A stretch of DNA of 8,008 nucleotides from a virus (Duplodnaviria; Heunggongvirae; Uroviricota; Caudoviricetes), in IMG/VR virus record IMGVR_UViG_2695420427_000002, one strand, 5' to 3'. Shown in pieces: positions 1 through 6,967 of the stretch. The notes under the pieces were generated by a model. That model ran no database searches and had not been told where the DNA came from. It worked only from the letters and a program-made list of their open reading frames with translations. Within the stretch, counting starts at the first letter, position 1; each line of letters opens with the position of its first letter. The translations under genes were made by a program, and so were the position numbers.

Positions 1-25
1 CCCCCCGACAGACCTGTGCTATCGG

Positions 26-60
26 AAAGAAAAAAGGCCATCAGCAAAACTCTGATGGCC
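26..60 (-). terminator. Rho-independent terminator for minus-strand transcripts (end of the tRNA/late transcript)
   Basis: Perfect 9-bp inverted repeat ggccatcag (36-44) / ctgatggcc (52-60) with a 7-nt loop. On the minus strand the stem is followed by a U-run (plus-strand aaaaaa at 30-35). Confidence 0.55.
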
Positions 61-105
61 TGAATCACCTTTACCAATATTGTATGAAAAAACACGCACG
101 ACTAA

Positions 106-134
106 TTGACAATAATTTTCATTTCCATTAAAAA
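106..134 (+). promoter_or_regulatory. Candidate sigma70 promoter on the plus strand (TTGACA-17-TAAAAA)
   Basis: Consensus -35 TTGACA at 106-111, 17-bp spacer, AT-rich -10 taaaaa at 129-134. No downstream plus-strand CDS; the plus-strand hairpin at 170-235 lies about 35 nt downstream. Confidence 0.25.
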
Positions 135-169
135 AGATCGCGTAGCATTCTTAATTCATGAGGAACTTT

Positions 170-235
170 ACCCGCCAGCAATCTGAGTAGCGAAAGCTGT
201 TCATCCCCAATGTTTTTGCTGGCGGGTCCTTTTTT
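170..235 (+). terminator. Plus-strand terminator-like hairpin with T-run (possible 3' end of a small RNA)
   Basis: Perfect 11-bp inverted repeat acccgccagca (170-180) / tgctggcgggt (217-227) with a 36-nt loop, followed by tttttt at 230-235. A second GC-rich hairpin at about 246-261 is followed by T-rich sequence. Neither is followed by a U-run on the minus strand. Confidence 0.45.
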
Positions 236-674
236 CTACGGTCCTCCTCCCCGGAGGGGGGCATTTCATTATTTTTCTAATCGTTACTGGTGAGAAGGCG
301 GAAGAAAAAGCCAGTTCTTCGCCCCTAAATAACAGCATGATTCCAGTCCATGCAAAATCTGATTTCCAGCTCACACATACCGAGCACTGTACAAAAAACC
401 GCCAACCAAGGCAGTTAAGAGTGTGTTCCCGGGGTTTGCTTAGAATATTTTGTAAGTTGTCCGAAGAGATATTTACAACACCAGAATGATGCATTATCAG
501 TCCCCTGCCAGAGGTTCACTACGTAACCTGACCGACAATGCACCATTCTGGTGCTGAAAAAAGAGCACTGGAACTGCAACAAAACAACATCACAGAACAG
601 GAGATGGTAAGGAGTCAGACATTCCCACACAATATTGTGTCAGTGCAAATAACAACCTTCGTCTCAAATCTCGC

Positions 675-749
<75 letters not shown>

Positions 750-752
750 ATA

Positions 753-828
<76 letters not shown>

Positions 829-830
829 GC

Positions 831-907
831 TGGCCCACCACCGAGGACTCGAACCTCGCACCGTCAACTTAGAAGGTTGATGCTCTATCCGGATGAGCTA
901 GTGGTGG
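831..907 (-). tRNA. tRNA-Arg (anticodon UCU, reads AGA/AGG), 77 nt with encoded CCA
   Basis: Reverse complement reads CCACCACTAGCTCATCCGGATAGAGCATCAACCTTCTAAGTTGACGGTGCGAGGTTCGAGTCCTCGGTGGTGGGCCA. Acceptor stem CCACCAC/GTGGTGG (C1-G72), anticodon stem TCAAC/GTTGA with loop CTTCTAA, T-stem CGAGG/CCTCG. 2-nt spacer to the Thr tRNA. Confidence 0.85.
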
Positions 908-908
908 T

Positions 909-985
909 TGGTGGCCCTTGCTGGACTTGAACCAGCGACCTGGCGATTATGAGTCGCTCGCTCTGACCAACTGAGCTAAAGGGCC
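909..985 (-). tRNA. tRNA with CAU anticodon, probably Ile2-type (AUA-reading, lysidine-modified) rather than elongator Met
   Basis: Reverse complement reads GGCCCTTTAGCTCAGTTGGTCAGAGCGAGCGACTCATAATCGCCAGGTCGCTGGTTCAAGTCCAGCAAGGGCCACCA. Acceptor stem GGCCCTT/AAGGGCC, anticodon loop CTCATAA. The anticodon and T arms resemble enterobacterial ileX-type tRNA as I recall it. 1-nt spacer to the Arg tRNA. Confidence 0.85.
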
Positions 986-994
986 GGAGGCAGA

Positions 995-1023
995 ATAATA
1001 ACCATATGTCATCACATCTGCAA
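995..1023 (-). promoter_or_regulatory. Candidate sigma70 promoter for the tRNA array (TTGCAG-17-TATTAT)
   Basis: Minus-strand -35 TTGCAG (plus 1018-1023), 17-bp spacer, -10 TATTAT (plus 995-1000), placing the start a few nt upstream of the first tRNA 5' end at 985. Confidence 0.35.
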
Positions 1024-1073
1024 ACTCATCTGACCACCAGCACGTTTAACGTCCTGTGCCGTTTTTCAGGTAT

Positions 1074-1096
1074 AAAAAAACCCGCATAAAGCGGGC
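1074..1096 (-). terminator. Short rho-independent terminator just downstream of the Q-position gene (tR'-like position)
   Basis: Inverted repeat cccgc (1081-1085) / gcggg (1091-1095) with loop ataaa. On the minus strand it is followed by seven U (plus-strand A-run 1074-1080). It lies about 80 bp downstream of the stop at 1175-1177. Confidence 0.5.
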
Positions 1097-1174
1097 TCTT
1101 TCAAATGTCCATGTCTGCTATTCGCCTCGCGGTACAGCTTTGCGAAGCGTACAAGAATTGAAGCAGTTTTTACG

Positions 1175-1729
1175 TCAAAAAGCAATAACTTTTTTCTCTA
1201 TACCAAAAGCCATAACCATTGGTTTGTACAAAATAAATTCTGCCACCTTTAGCCAATGCTCAATGCGTCTTTCACAGGTTCTTAAACTCCATTTCGGGTG
1301 TGCATCATTCAGCAGTTCAGCCATTTTGCGTTTGGTCATCCCCCGCCCCTCATACCGTTGCCGAAGGACGCTAATCAATCCTGGATGCTCTGCCAGCACC
1401 TCACTTATGACCCGATCAATACATAACGCCTCTGCATCAGTACAATGCGCCAGCCAGCTCTTTTGCTTACCGTTAATCATATCCCGCAAAAAAGCCTCAA
1501 GTTCAGACTTGTTCAGACCTGCTTTTTTCATCCTCCGGAGCGCCTCGTTAATTGCCGTTTTTGTCAGCTTTTTAGAGGTCAACATCAGGTTAAACATATT
1601 CCCCGTCTTACCGCCACCAATATACGACCAGCGCCCCCACATACGTAGTTTTCCCTGAATCCAGACACTTTCCAGCGTGGTGAGACGAAGGTGTTCTCCG
1701 CTTTTTCCTGTATTCGTTGGGTAAATCAT
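1175..1729 (-). CDS. 184-aa protein at the Q position; putative late-gene regulator/antiterminator by synteny only
   Basis: Start ATG at 1729-1727 is preceded by GAAAGGAGGG 7 nt upstream and overlaps the upstream stop (ATGA at 1726-1729), so the longer 224-aa track ORF is not the real start. It is the last gene before the terminator and tRNA array. No Zn-finger motif recognised, so Q identity is an inference. Confidence 0.6.
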   Translation of the reverse strand: MIYPTNTGKSGEHLRLTTLESVWIQGKLRMWGRWSYIGGGKTGNMFNLMLTSKKLTKTAINEALRRMKKAGLNKSELEAFLRDMINGKQKSWLAHCTDAEALCIDRVISEVLAEHPGLISVLRQRYEGRGMTKRKMAELLNDAHPKWSLRTCERRIEHWLKVAEFILYKPMVMAFGIEKKVIAF

Positions 1730-2016
1730 AAATATCCCTCCTTTCTCCAGATTTCTTGTGTGCGAAAAACACCTTCTGCATGCATCAGGCGTAATTCTTC
1801 TTTGGTGTAATCGCTGGTTTTTACCCGCCCGTCGATTAAATCGTGGCACGAGCTACAGGCAATCGCTGCCTGCATATCGTGTGGCTTTATCGCTGTTCCG
1901 CACGTTCCCGCCAGTCGGTAATGCGCCAGCACAGACGTTTCCGGATCGTGATTGCAGTAGCCAGGAATTCTGACGGTGCACATCTGCCCCCGCGCCGCTT
2001 TACGTAAATCCACCAT
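1726..2016 (-). CDS. 96-aa Cys-rich YbcO-like (DUF1364-type) nin-region protein
   Basis: Four Cys in a C-x7-C ... C-x2-C-H arrangement (CTVRIPGYC ... CSSCH), and the same 96-aa length as E. coli DLP12 YbcO as I recall it. TAATG overlap with the upstream gene at 2014-2018. Confidence 0.6.
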   Translation of the reverse strand: MVDLRKAARGQMCTVRIPGYCNHDPETSVLAHYRLAGTCGTAIKPHDMQAAIACSSCHDLIDGRVKTSDYTKEELRLMHAEGVFRTQEIWRKEGYL

Positions 2017-2615
2017 TACGCAAACTCCAGCAGCTGCGCGGCCACATTTTCGACTTGTTCCGGAGAGGAAAATTTACGGAACAGAATCCAGTTCCACAGC
2101 ACATTCAGAACAGATTTATAAACCTGCTGAAACTCGGTTTCGTCCATATTCGCAAAAGCGATGGATTTTGCCCGACGCCCGCGGCTACCGTCCGGATAAA
2201 AATGTTCGGTGTAAAATCCAGCCTGAATGGTTACCCACTCGCGAAAAGCCTCAAACGACTTTAGCAATGCCGTATCCCGGGTTCTGCGTGTCGCAACTGT
2301 ATTCAGATATTGCTCTGCGGCTTCGCTCAGAGCTGGCGTATGTTCCCGACCTACTGATTCGCACAGGTAATCAACGAAACCAGACAGCAGTTCTCGTTCG
2401 CGAGGCGTGATCGCCCCACCGACCGGAGTCCAGTAATCGAATCCCAGTTGCAGGAGTTTGAAAAAACGCTTGTGGAATGCGTAGTTACGCACACGCTTAA
2501 AGTCTGCGTGTATCCACTCACCTGTTTTGATTTGATGCAGAAAATCGCAACTCTCCGGCGTCGCCGGGAGAAGTAATCCGGAAGAGGTTTGTTTGATCAG
2601 TTGTATATGCGCCAT
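2016..2615 (-). CDS. 199-aa conserved prophage protein of unknown function (copy 1 allele)
   Basis: ATG at 2615-2613 with GGAG-type Shine-Dalgarno upstream (cggagaactacgATG). Translationally coupled to the YbcO-like gene. Present in all three cassette copies. Confidence 0.65.
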   Translation of the reverse strand: MAHIQLIKQTSSGLLLPATPESCDFLHQIKTGEWIHADFKRVRNYAFHKRFFKLLQLGFDYWTPVGGAITPRERELLSGFVDYLCESVGREHTPALSEAAEQYLNTVATRRTRDTALLKSFEAFREWVTIQAGFYTEHFYPDGSRGRRAKSIAFANMDETEFQQVYKSVLNVLWNWILFRKFSSPEQVENVAAQLLEFA

Positions 2616-2662
2616 CGTAGTTCTCCGCTGGCGCAGTAGAATGGGTGTTCAGCCCGTTATGT

Positions 2663-2691
2663 AGTATACCAGAATTAATGCCAATACTAAC
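2663..2691 (-). promoter_or_regulatory. Candidate extended -10 promoter (TGgTATACT) in the unique junction upstream of cassette copy 1
   Basis: Minus-strand TGGTATACT (plus 2663-2671) with a weak -35 (gttagt). Lies within the unique 2616-2782 segment immediately upstream of the copy-1 199-aa gene. Confidence 0.25.
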
Positions 2692-2797
2692 AGGATGCTC
2701 TGACTCGCAATTCATCCAGCAGTTTATCATTTCCCATAATGTCACTTACCCTCATCGGTAAAAAAATTGCCTTTCGACCATAGAAGCAGTTTTTACG

Positions 2798-3352
2798 TCA
2801 AAAAGCAATAACTTTTTTCTCTATACCAAAAGCCATAACCATTGGTTTGTACAAAATAAATTCTGCCACCTTTAGCCAATGCTCAATGCGTCTTTCACAG
2901 GTTCTTAAACTCCATTTCGGGTGTGCATCATTCAGCAGTTCAGCCATTTTGCGTTTGGTCATCCCCCGCCCCTCATACCGTTGCCGAAGGACGCTAATCA
3001 ATCCTGGATGCTCTGCCAGCACCTCACTTATGACCCGATCAATACATAACGCCTCTGCATCAGTACAATGCGCCAGCCAGCTCTTTTGCTTACCGTTAAT
3101 CATATCCCGCAAAAAAGCCTCAAGTTCAGACTTGTTCAGACCTGCTTTTTTCATCCTCCGGAGCGCCTCGTTAATTGCCGTTTTTGTCAGCTTTTTAGAG
3201 GTCAACATCAGGTTAAACATATTCCCCGTCTTACCGCCACCAATATACGACCAGCGCCCCCACATACGTAGTTTTCCCTGAATCCAGACACTTTCCAGCG
3301 TGGTGAGACGAAGGTGTTCTCCGCTTTTTCCTGTATTCGTTGGGTAAATCAT
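2798..3352 (-). CDS. 184-aa Q-position protein, copy 2 (identical protein to copy 1)
   Basis: Identical translation to 1175-1729, same Shine-Dalgarno and ATGA coupling. Here it is followed after 15 bp by the unique junction, not by the terminator and tRNAs. Confidence 0.6.
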   Translation of the reverse strand: MIYPTNTGKSGEHLRLTTLESVWIQGKLRMWGRWSYIGGGKTGNMFNLMLTSKKLTKTAINEALRRMKKAGLNKSELEAFLRDMINGKQKSWLAHCTDAEALCIDRVISEVLAEHPGLISVLRQRYEGRGMTKRKMAELLNDAHPKWSLRTCERRIEHWLKVAEFILYKPMVMAFGIEKKVIAF

Positions 3353-3639
3353 AAATATCCCTCCTTTCTCCAGATTTCTTGTGTGCGAAAAACACCTTCT
3401 GCATGCATCAGGCGTAATTCTTCTTTGGTGTAATCGCTGGTTTTTACCCGCCCGTCGATTAAATCGTGGCACGAGCTACAGGCAATCGCTGCCTGCATAT
3501 CGTGTGGCTTTATCGCTGTTCCGCACGTTCCCGCCAGTCGGTAATGCGCCAGCACAGACGTTTCCGGATCGTGATTGCAGTAGCCAGGAATTCTGACGGT
3601 GCACATCTGCCCCCGCGCCGCTTTACGTAAATCCACCAT
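3349..3639 (-). CDS. YbcO-like 96-aa protein, copy 2
   Basis: Identical translation to 1726-2016. Confidence 0.6.
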   Translation of the reverse strand: MVDLRKAARGQMCTVRIPGYCNHDPETSVLAHYRLAGTCGTAIKPHDMQAAIACSSCHDLIDGRVKTSDYTKEELRLMHAEGVFRTQEIWRKEGYL

Positions 3640-4238
3640 TACGCAAACTCCAGCAGCTGCGCGGCCACATTTTCGACTTGTTCCGGAGAGGAAAATTTAC
3701 GGAACAGAATCCAGTTCCACAGCACATTCAGAACAGATTTATAAACCTGCTGAAACTCGGTTTCGTCCATATTCGCAAACGCGATAGATTTCGCCCGACA
3801 CCCACGGCTACCGTCCGGATAAAAATGCTCGGTGTAAAATCCGGCCTGAATGGCTACCCACTCGCGGAAAGCCTCAAACGACTTTAGCAATGCCGTATCA
3901 CTGGTTCTGCGTGTCGCAACTGTATTCAGATATTGCTCTGCGGCTTCGCTCAGAGCTGGCGTATGTTCCCGGCCTACTGATTCACACAGGTAATCAACGA
4001 AACCGGACACCAGTTTTCGTTCGCGAGGCGTGATCGCCCCACCGACCGGAGTCCAGTAATCGAAACCCAGTTGCAGGAGTTTGAAAAAACGCTTGTGGAA
4101 TGCGTAGTTACACACACGCTTAAAGTCTGCGTGTATCCACTCACCTATTTTGATTTGATGCAGAAAATCGCAACTCTCCGGCGTCGCCGGGAGAAGTAAT
4201 CCGGAAGAGGTTTGTTTGACCAGTTGTATATGTGCCAT
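3639..4238 (-). CDS. 199-aa conserved prophage protein, copy 2 (divergent allele, 7 aa differences)
   Basis: ATG at 4238-4236 with Shine-Dalgarno (ccggagaaagccgATG). The 213-aa track ORF begins at a TTG at 4280 and is probably not the true start. Differs from copies 1 and 3 at T/I, R/C, EL/KV, R/S, T/A and R/C. Confidence 0.65.
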   Translation of the reverse strand: MAHIQLVKQTSSGLLLPATPESCDFLHQIKIGEWIHADFKRVCNYAFHKRFFKLLQLGFDYWTPVGGAITPRERKLVSGFVDYLCESVGREHTPALSEAAEQYLNTVATRRTSDTALLKSFEAFREWVAIQAGFYTEHFYPDGSRGCRAKSIAFANMDETEFQQVYKSVLNVLWNWILFRKFSSPEQVENVAAQLLEFA

Positions 4239-4276
4239 CGGCTTTCTCCGGTGGCACGGTGTTACACAGCAGGAGT

Positions 4277-4564
4277 TCAATCCTGCTCAAGATTGTAGAT
4301 GAGTTTATTCTTCAGCAAAAGCAGAAAACCAGCCTTAAAACCAATCTCTTTCAAAACCCGTAATGATGTGACAAATTCGTCCTCACGCAAAATAAAACCG
4401 TCCGTCAGAAGTCCATTACAAAAATAAAATAACACAGCACCGCTCTTCCTTTGTTGAGATTGCAAACATCTAATGCGGCAATGGCTGACAATCGCTCCAT
4501 TCTCAACGCGCACAGCATAGAGGCCATTTTCACTAAAAATTTCACGCAATTCTTCGATTTTCAT
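4277..4564 (-). CDS. 95-aa hypothetical protein, first gene of the operon (at the position rem occupies in E. coli Qin)
   Basis: ATG at 4564-4562 with GGAAGG about 10 nt upstream and a candidate promoter about 80 bp upstream. Identical second copy at 6275-6562. Function unknown. Confidence 0.5.
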   Translation of the reverse strand: MKIEELREIFSENGLYAVRVENGAIVSHCRIRCLQSQQRKSGAVLFYFCNGLLTDGFILREDEFVTSLRVLKEIGFKAGFLLLLKNKLIYNLEQD

Positions 4565-4645
4565 CTTCAGAATCCTTCCAGATAAATAGCTCTCCCCTGT
4601 TCGGGGTCCATCCCTCTTCTCCCTGCGCGCTACTTAAGTGAGTCG

Positions 4646-4673
4646 ATTCTATCTGCGAAGGTGCGCGAATCAA
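4646..4673 (-). promoter_or_regulatory. Candidate sigma70 promoter for the 95-aa / 199-aa / YbcO-like / Q-position operon (TTGATT-16-TAGAAT)
   Basis: Minus-strand -35 TTGATT (plus 4668-4673), 16-bp spacer, -10 TAGAAT (plus 4646-4651), about 80 bp upstream of the 95-aa gene start. Confidence 0.4.
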
Positions 4674-4693
4674 ATTCACCGGAAATAAACAAC

Positions 4694-4736
4694 AAAAAAC
4701 CCGCCGAAACGCTGAGAGATCACAGCGATGGGCGGG
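4694..4736 (-). terminator. Rho-independent terminator downstream of hok
   Basis: Nested hairpin: outer arms cccgcc (4700-4705) / ggcggg (4731-4736), inner stem cgctg/cagcg. On the minus strand it is followed by six U (plus-strand aaaaaa 4694-4699). A 9-bp GC stem gggcgggga/tccccgccc at 4778-4805 lies in the hok 3' UTR. Confidence 0.55.
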
Positions 4737-4813
4737 TTAAGTGCGGGTGCGTTGAGGATGCCTGACACATCAGAGGTGGGCGGGGATGGGATCAGCTCCC
4801 CGCCCGGTCACTC

Positions 4814-4969
4814 TTACTTCCTGGATTCGTAGTCTACGAAGACAGCGACCTCCGTCTGGCCGGTTCGGATTCGTACCTCACAGAGGTCTTTCCTCGTTAC
4901 CAGTGCCGTCACTATGACGGTTAAACAGATGACGATCAGGGCGATTAACATCGCCTTTTGCTGCTTCAT
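4814..4969 (-). CDS. hok: Hok/Gef-family type I toxin (51 aa), copy lacking its own promoter
   Basis: MKQQKAMLIALIVICLTVIVTALVTRKDLCEVRIRTGQTEVAVFVDYESRK: single transmembrane helix followed by the Hok-family LTRK-LCE-R-R-G-EVA-F motif, close to HokD/RelF as I recall it. Shine-Dalgarno AAGGAG upstream of the ATG at 4969. The track ORF is an in-frame upstream extension to 5026. Confidence 0.85.
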   Translation of the reverse strand: MKQQKAMLIALIVICLTVIVTALVTRKDLCEVRIRTGQTEVAVFVDYESRK

Positions 4970-5047
4970 AGCCTGCTTCTCCTTGCCTTTCGGCATGTAA
5001 GAGGCTAACCTACATGTGCAAAGCATGAAATTGGCCTCAGATTAATG

Positions 5048-5350
5048 TTAAGCGTCTTGCCGGACGCGTAATGTTAACTGGGGCTTTTCTCTATCTGCCT
5101 TTTGGTGTTCATGCCTGAAAAGTTCAGACTTGTTCAGACCTGCTTTTTTCATCCTCCGGAGCGCCTCGTTAATTGCCGTTTTTGTCAGCTTTTTAGAGGT
5201 CAACATCAGGTTAAACATATTCCCCGTCTTACCGCCACCAATATACGACCAGCGCCCCCACATACGTAGTTTTCCCTGAATCCAGACACTTTCCAGCGTG
5301 GTGAGACGAAGGTGTTCTCCGCTTTTTCCTGTATTCGTTGGGTAAATCAT
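5048..5350 (-). pseudogene. Truncated Q-position gene: first 76 codons fused at the repeat junction to the hok leader, giving a 24-aa unrelated tail
   Basis: Identical to the 5' part of 1175-1729 down to about 5120. The translation then diverges (ELFRHEHQKADREKPQLTLRVRQDA) because the sequence beyond 5119 is the end of the neighbouring repeat unit. Confidence 0.75.
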
Positions 5351-5637
5351 AAATATCCCTCCTTTCTCCAGATTTCTTGTGTGCGAAAAACACCTTCTGC
5401 ATGCATCAGGCGTAATTCTTCTTTGGTGTAATCGCTGGTTTTTACCCGCCCGTCGATTAAATCGTGGCACGAGCTACAGGCAATCGCTGCCTGCATATCG
5501 TGTGGCTTTATCGCTGTTCCGCACGTTCCCGCCAGTCGGTAATGCGCCAGCACAGACGTTTCCGGATCGTGATTGCAGTAGCCAGGAATTCTGACGGTGC
5601 ACATCTGCCCCCGCGCCGCTTTACGTAAATCCACCAT
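5347..5637 (-). CDS. YbcO-like 96-aa protein, copy 3
   Basis: Identical translation to 1726-2016. Confidence 0.6.
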   Translation of the reverse strand: MVDLRKAARGQMCTVRIPGYCNHDPETSVLAHYRLAGTCGTAIKPHDMQAAIACSSCHDLIDGRVKTSDYTKEELRLMHAEGVFRTQEIWRKEGYL

Positions 5638-6236
5638 TACGCAAACTCCAGCAGCTGCGCGGCCACATTTTCGACTTGTTCCGGAGAGGAAAATTTACGG
5701 AACAGAATCCAGTTCCACAGCACATTCAGAACAGATTTATAAACCTGCTGAAACTCGGTTTCGTCCATATTCGCAAAAGCGATGGATTTTGCCCGACGCC
5801 CGCGGCTACCGTCCGGATAAAAATGTTCGGTGTAAAATCCAGCCTGAATGGTTACCCACTCGCGAAAAGCCTCAAACGACTTTAGCAATGCCGTATCCCG
5901 GGTTCTGCGTGTCGCAACTGTATTCAGATATTGCTCTGCGGCTTCGCTCAGAGCTGGCGTATGTTCCCGACCTACTGATTCGCACAGGTAATCAACGAAA
6001 CCAGACAGCAGTTCTCGTTCGCGAGGCGTGATCGCCCCACCGACCGGAGTCCAGTAATCGAATCCCAGTTGCAGGAGTTTGAAAAAACGCTTGTGGAATG
6101 CGTAGTTACGCACACGCTTAAAGTCTGCGTGTATCCACTCACCTGTTTTGATTTGATGCAGAAAATCGCAACTCTCCGGCGTCGCCGGGAGAAGTAATCC
6201 GGAAGAGGTTTGTTTGACCAGTTGTATATGTGCCAT
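5637..6236 (-). CDS. 199-aa conserved prophage protein, copy 3 (recombinant allele)
   Basis: The 5' end matches copy 2 (V at residue 7, same upstream sequence) while the body matches copy 1 at all the variable sites. Confidence 0.65.
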   Translation of the reverse strand: MAHIQLVKQTSSGLLLPATPESCDFLHQIKTGEWIHADFKRVRNYAFHKRFFKLLQLGFDYWTPVGGAITPRERELLSGFVDYLCESVGREHTPALSEAAEQYLNTVATRRTRDTALLKSFEAFREWVTIQAGFYTEHFYPDGSRGRRAKSIAFANMDETEFQQVYKSVLNVLWNWILFRKFSSPEQVENVAAQLLEFA

Positions 6237-6274
6237 CGGCTTTCTCCGGTGGCACGGTGTTACACAGCAGGAGT

Positions 6275-6562
6275 TCAATCCTGCTCAAGATTGTAGATGA
6301 GTTTATTCTTCAGCAAAAGCAGAAAACCAGCCTTAAAACCAATCTCTTTCAAAACCCGTAATGATGTGACAAATTCGTCCTCACGCAAAATAAAACCGTC
6401 CGTCAGAAGTCCATTACAAAAATAAAATAACACAGCACCGCTCTTCCTTTGTTGAGATTGCAAACATCTAATGCGGCAATGGCTGACAATCGCTCCATTC
6501 TCAACGCGCACAGCATAGAGGCCATTTTCACTAAAAATTTCACGCAATTCTTCGATTTTCAT
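6275..6562 (-). CDS. 95-aa hypothetical protein, second copy
   Basis: Identical to 4277-4564, with the same Shine-Dalgarno and upstream promoter candidate. Confidence 0.5.
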   Translation of the reverse strand: MKIEELREIFSENGLYAVRVENGAIVSHCRIRCLQSQQRKSGAVLFYFCNGLLTDGFILREDEFVTSLRVLKEIGFKAGFLLLLKNKLIYNLEQD

Positions 6563-6643
6563 CTTCAGAATCCTTCCAGATAAATAGCTCTCCCCTGTTC
6601 GGGGTCCATCCCTCTTCTCCCTGCGCGCTACTTAAGTGAGTCG

Positions 6644-6671
6644 ATTCTATCTGCGAAGGTGCGCGAATCAA
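6644..6671 (-). promoter_or_regulatory. Candidate operon promoter, second copy (TTGATT-16-TAGAAT)
   Basis: Same sequence as 4646-4673 at the 1998-bp offset. Confidence 0.4.
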
Positions 6672-6691
6672 ATTCACCGGAAATAAACAAC

Positions 6692-6734
6692 AAAAAACCC
6701 GCCGAAACGCTGAGAGATCACAGCGATGGGCGGG
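6692..6734 (-). terminator. Terminator downstream of hok, second copy
   Basis: Same sequence as 4694-4736 at the 1998-bp offset. Confidence 0.55.
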
Positions 6735-6811
6735 TTAAGTGCGGGTGCGTTGAGGATGCCTGACACATCAGAGGTGGGCGGGGATGGGATCAGCTCCCCG
6801 CCCGGTCACTC

Positions 6812-6967
6812 TTACTTCCTGGATTCGTAGTCTACGAAGACAGCGACCTCCGTCTGGCCGGTTCGGATTCGTACCTCACAGAGGTCTTTCCTCGTTACCA
6901 GTGCCGTCACTATGACGGTTAAACAGATGACGATCAGGGCGATTAACATCGCCTTTTGCTGCTTCAT
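6812..6967 (-). CDS. hok: Hok/Gef-family type I toxin (51 aa), copy with its native upstream region
   Basis: Identical to 4814-4969. Its leader extends into unique sequence at 7118-7194 that contains a promoter candidate. Confidence 0.85.
   Translation of the reverse strand: MKQQKAMLIALIVICLTVIVTALVTRKDLCEVRIRTGQTEVAVFVDYESRK

Larger units (their letters stand above)
1160..2615. repeat. Cassette copy 1 (unknown 199-aa gene, YbcO-like gene, Q-position gene); direct repeat of 2783-4238
   Basis: Offset of exactly 1623 bp to copy 2. Homology begins at about 1158-1160 (15 bp downstream of the Q-position stop) and ends at the start codon of the 199-aa gene. Q-position and YbcO-like proteins are identical between copies; the 199-aa gene carries a divergent patch. 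Confidence 0.9.
3122..5119. repeat. 1998-bp tandem direct repeat, unit A
   Basis: Matches 5120-7117 at a constant offset of 1998 bp. Carries the 5' two-thirds of the Q-position gene, the YbcO-like gene, the 199-aa gene, the 95-aa gene and hok with its leader. Units are identical except for a patch of about 19 substitutions in the 199-aa gene. Confidence 0.9.

Noticed and set aside
628-641. Perfect 14-bp palindrome acacaatattgtgt
   Set aside because: About one 7+7 palindrome is expected by chance in 8 kb, and there is no second copy or adjacent regulated promoter.
1175-1849. 224-aa and 213-aa extended ORF calls for the Q-position and 199-aa genes (including 2798-3472 and 3639-4280)
   Set aside because: The extensions overlap the upstream gene by more than 100 nt (Q-position) or begin at a TTG (199-aa). 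Internal ATGs with strong Shine-Dalgarno sequences and ATGA/TAATG coupling give the 184-aa and 199-aa products instead.
1056-2410. Plus-strand ORFs in the track (1056-1658, 1445-1648, 1758-1973, 1976-2410, 2055-2264) and their repeat copies at 2847-3281, 3068-3271, 3381-3596, 3599-3787, 3678-3887, 5379-5594, 5597-6031 and 5676-5885
   Set aside because: All lie antisense to well-supported minus-strand genes that have Shine-Dalgarno sequences and translational coupling. They lack ribosome-binding sites, and their translations are Arg/Ser/Pro-rich shadow frames.
2518-2745. 75-aa ORF overlapping the 5' end of the copy-1 199-aa gene
   Set aside because: Out-of-frame overlap with a supported gene, extending into the junction promoter region; no ribosome-binding site.
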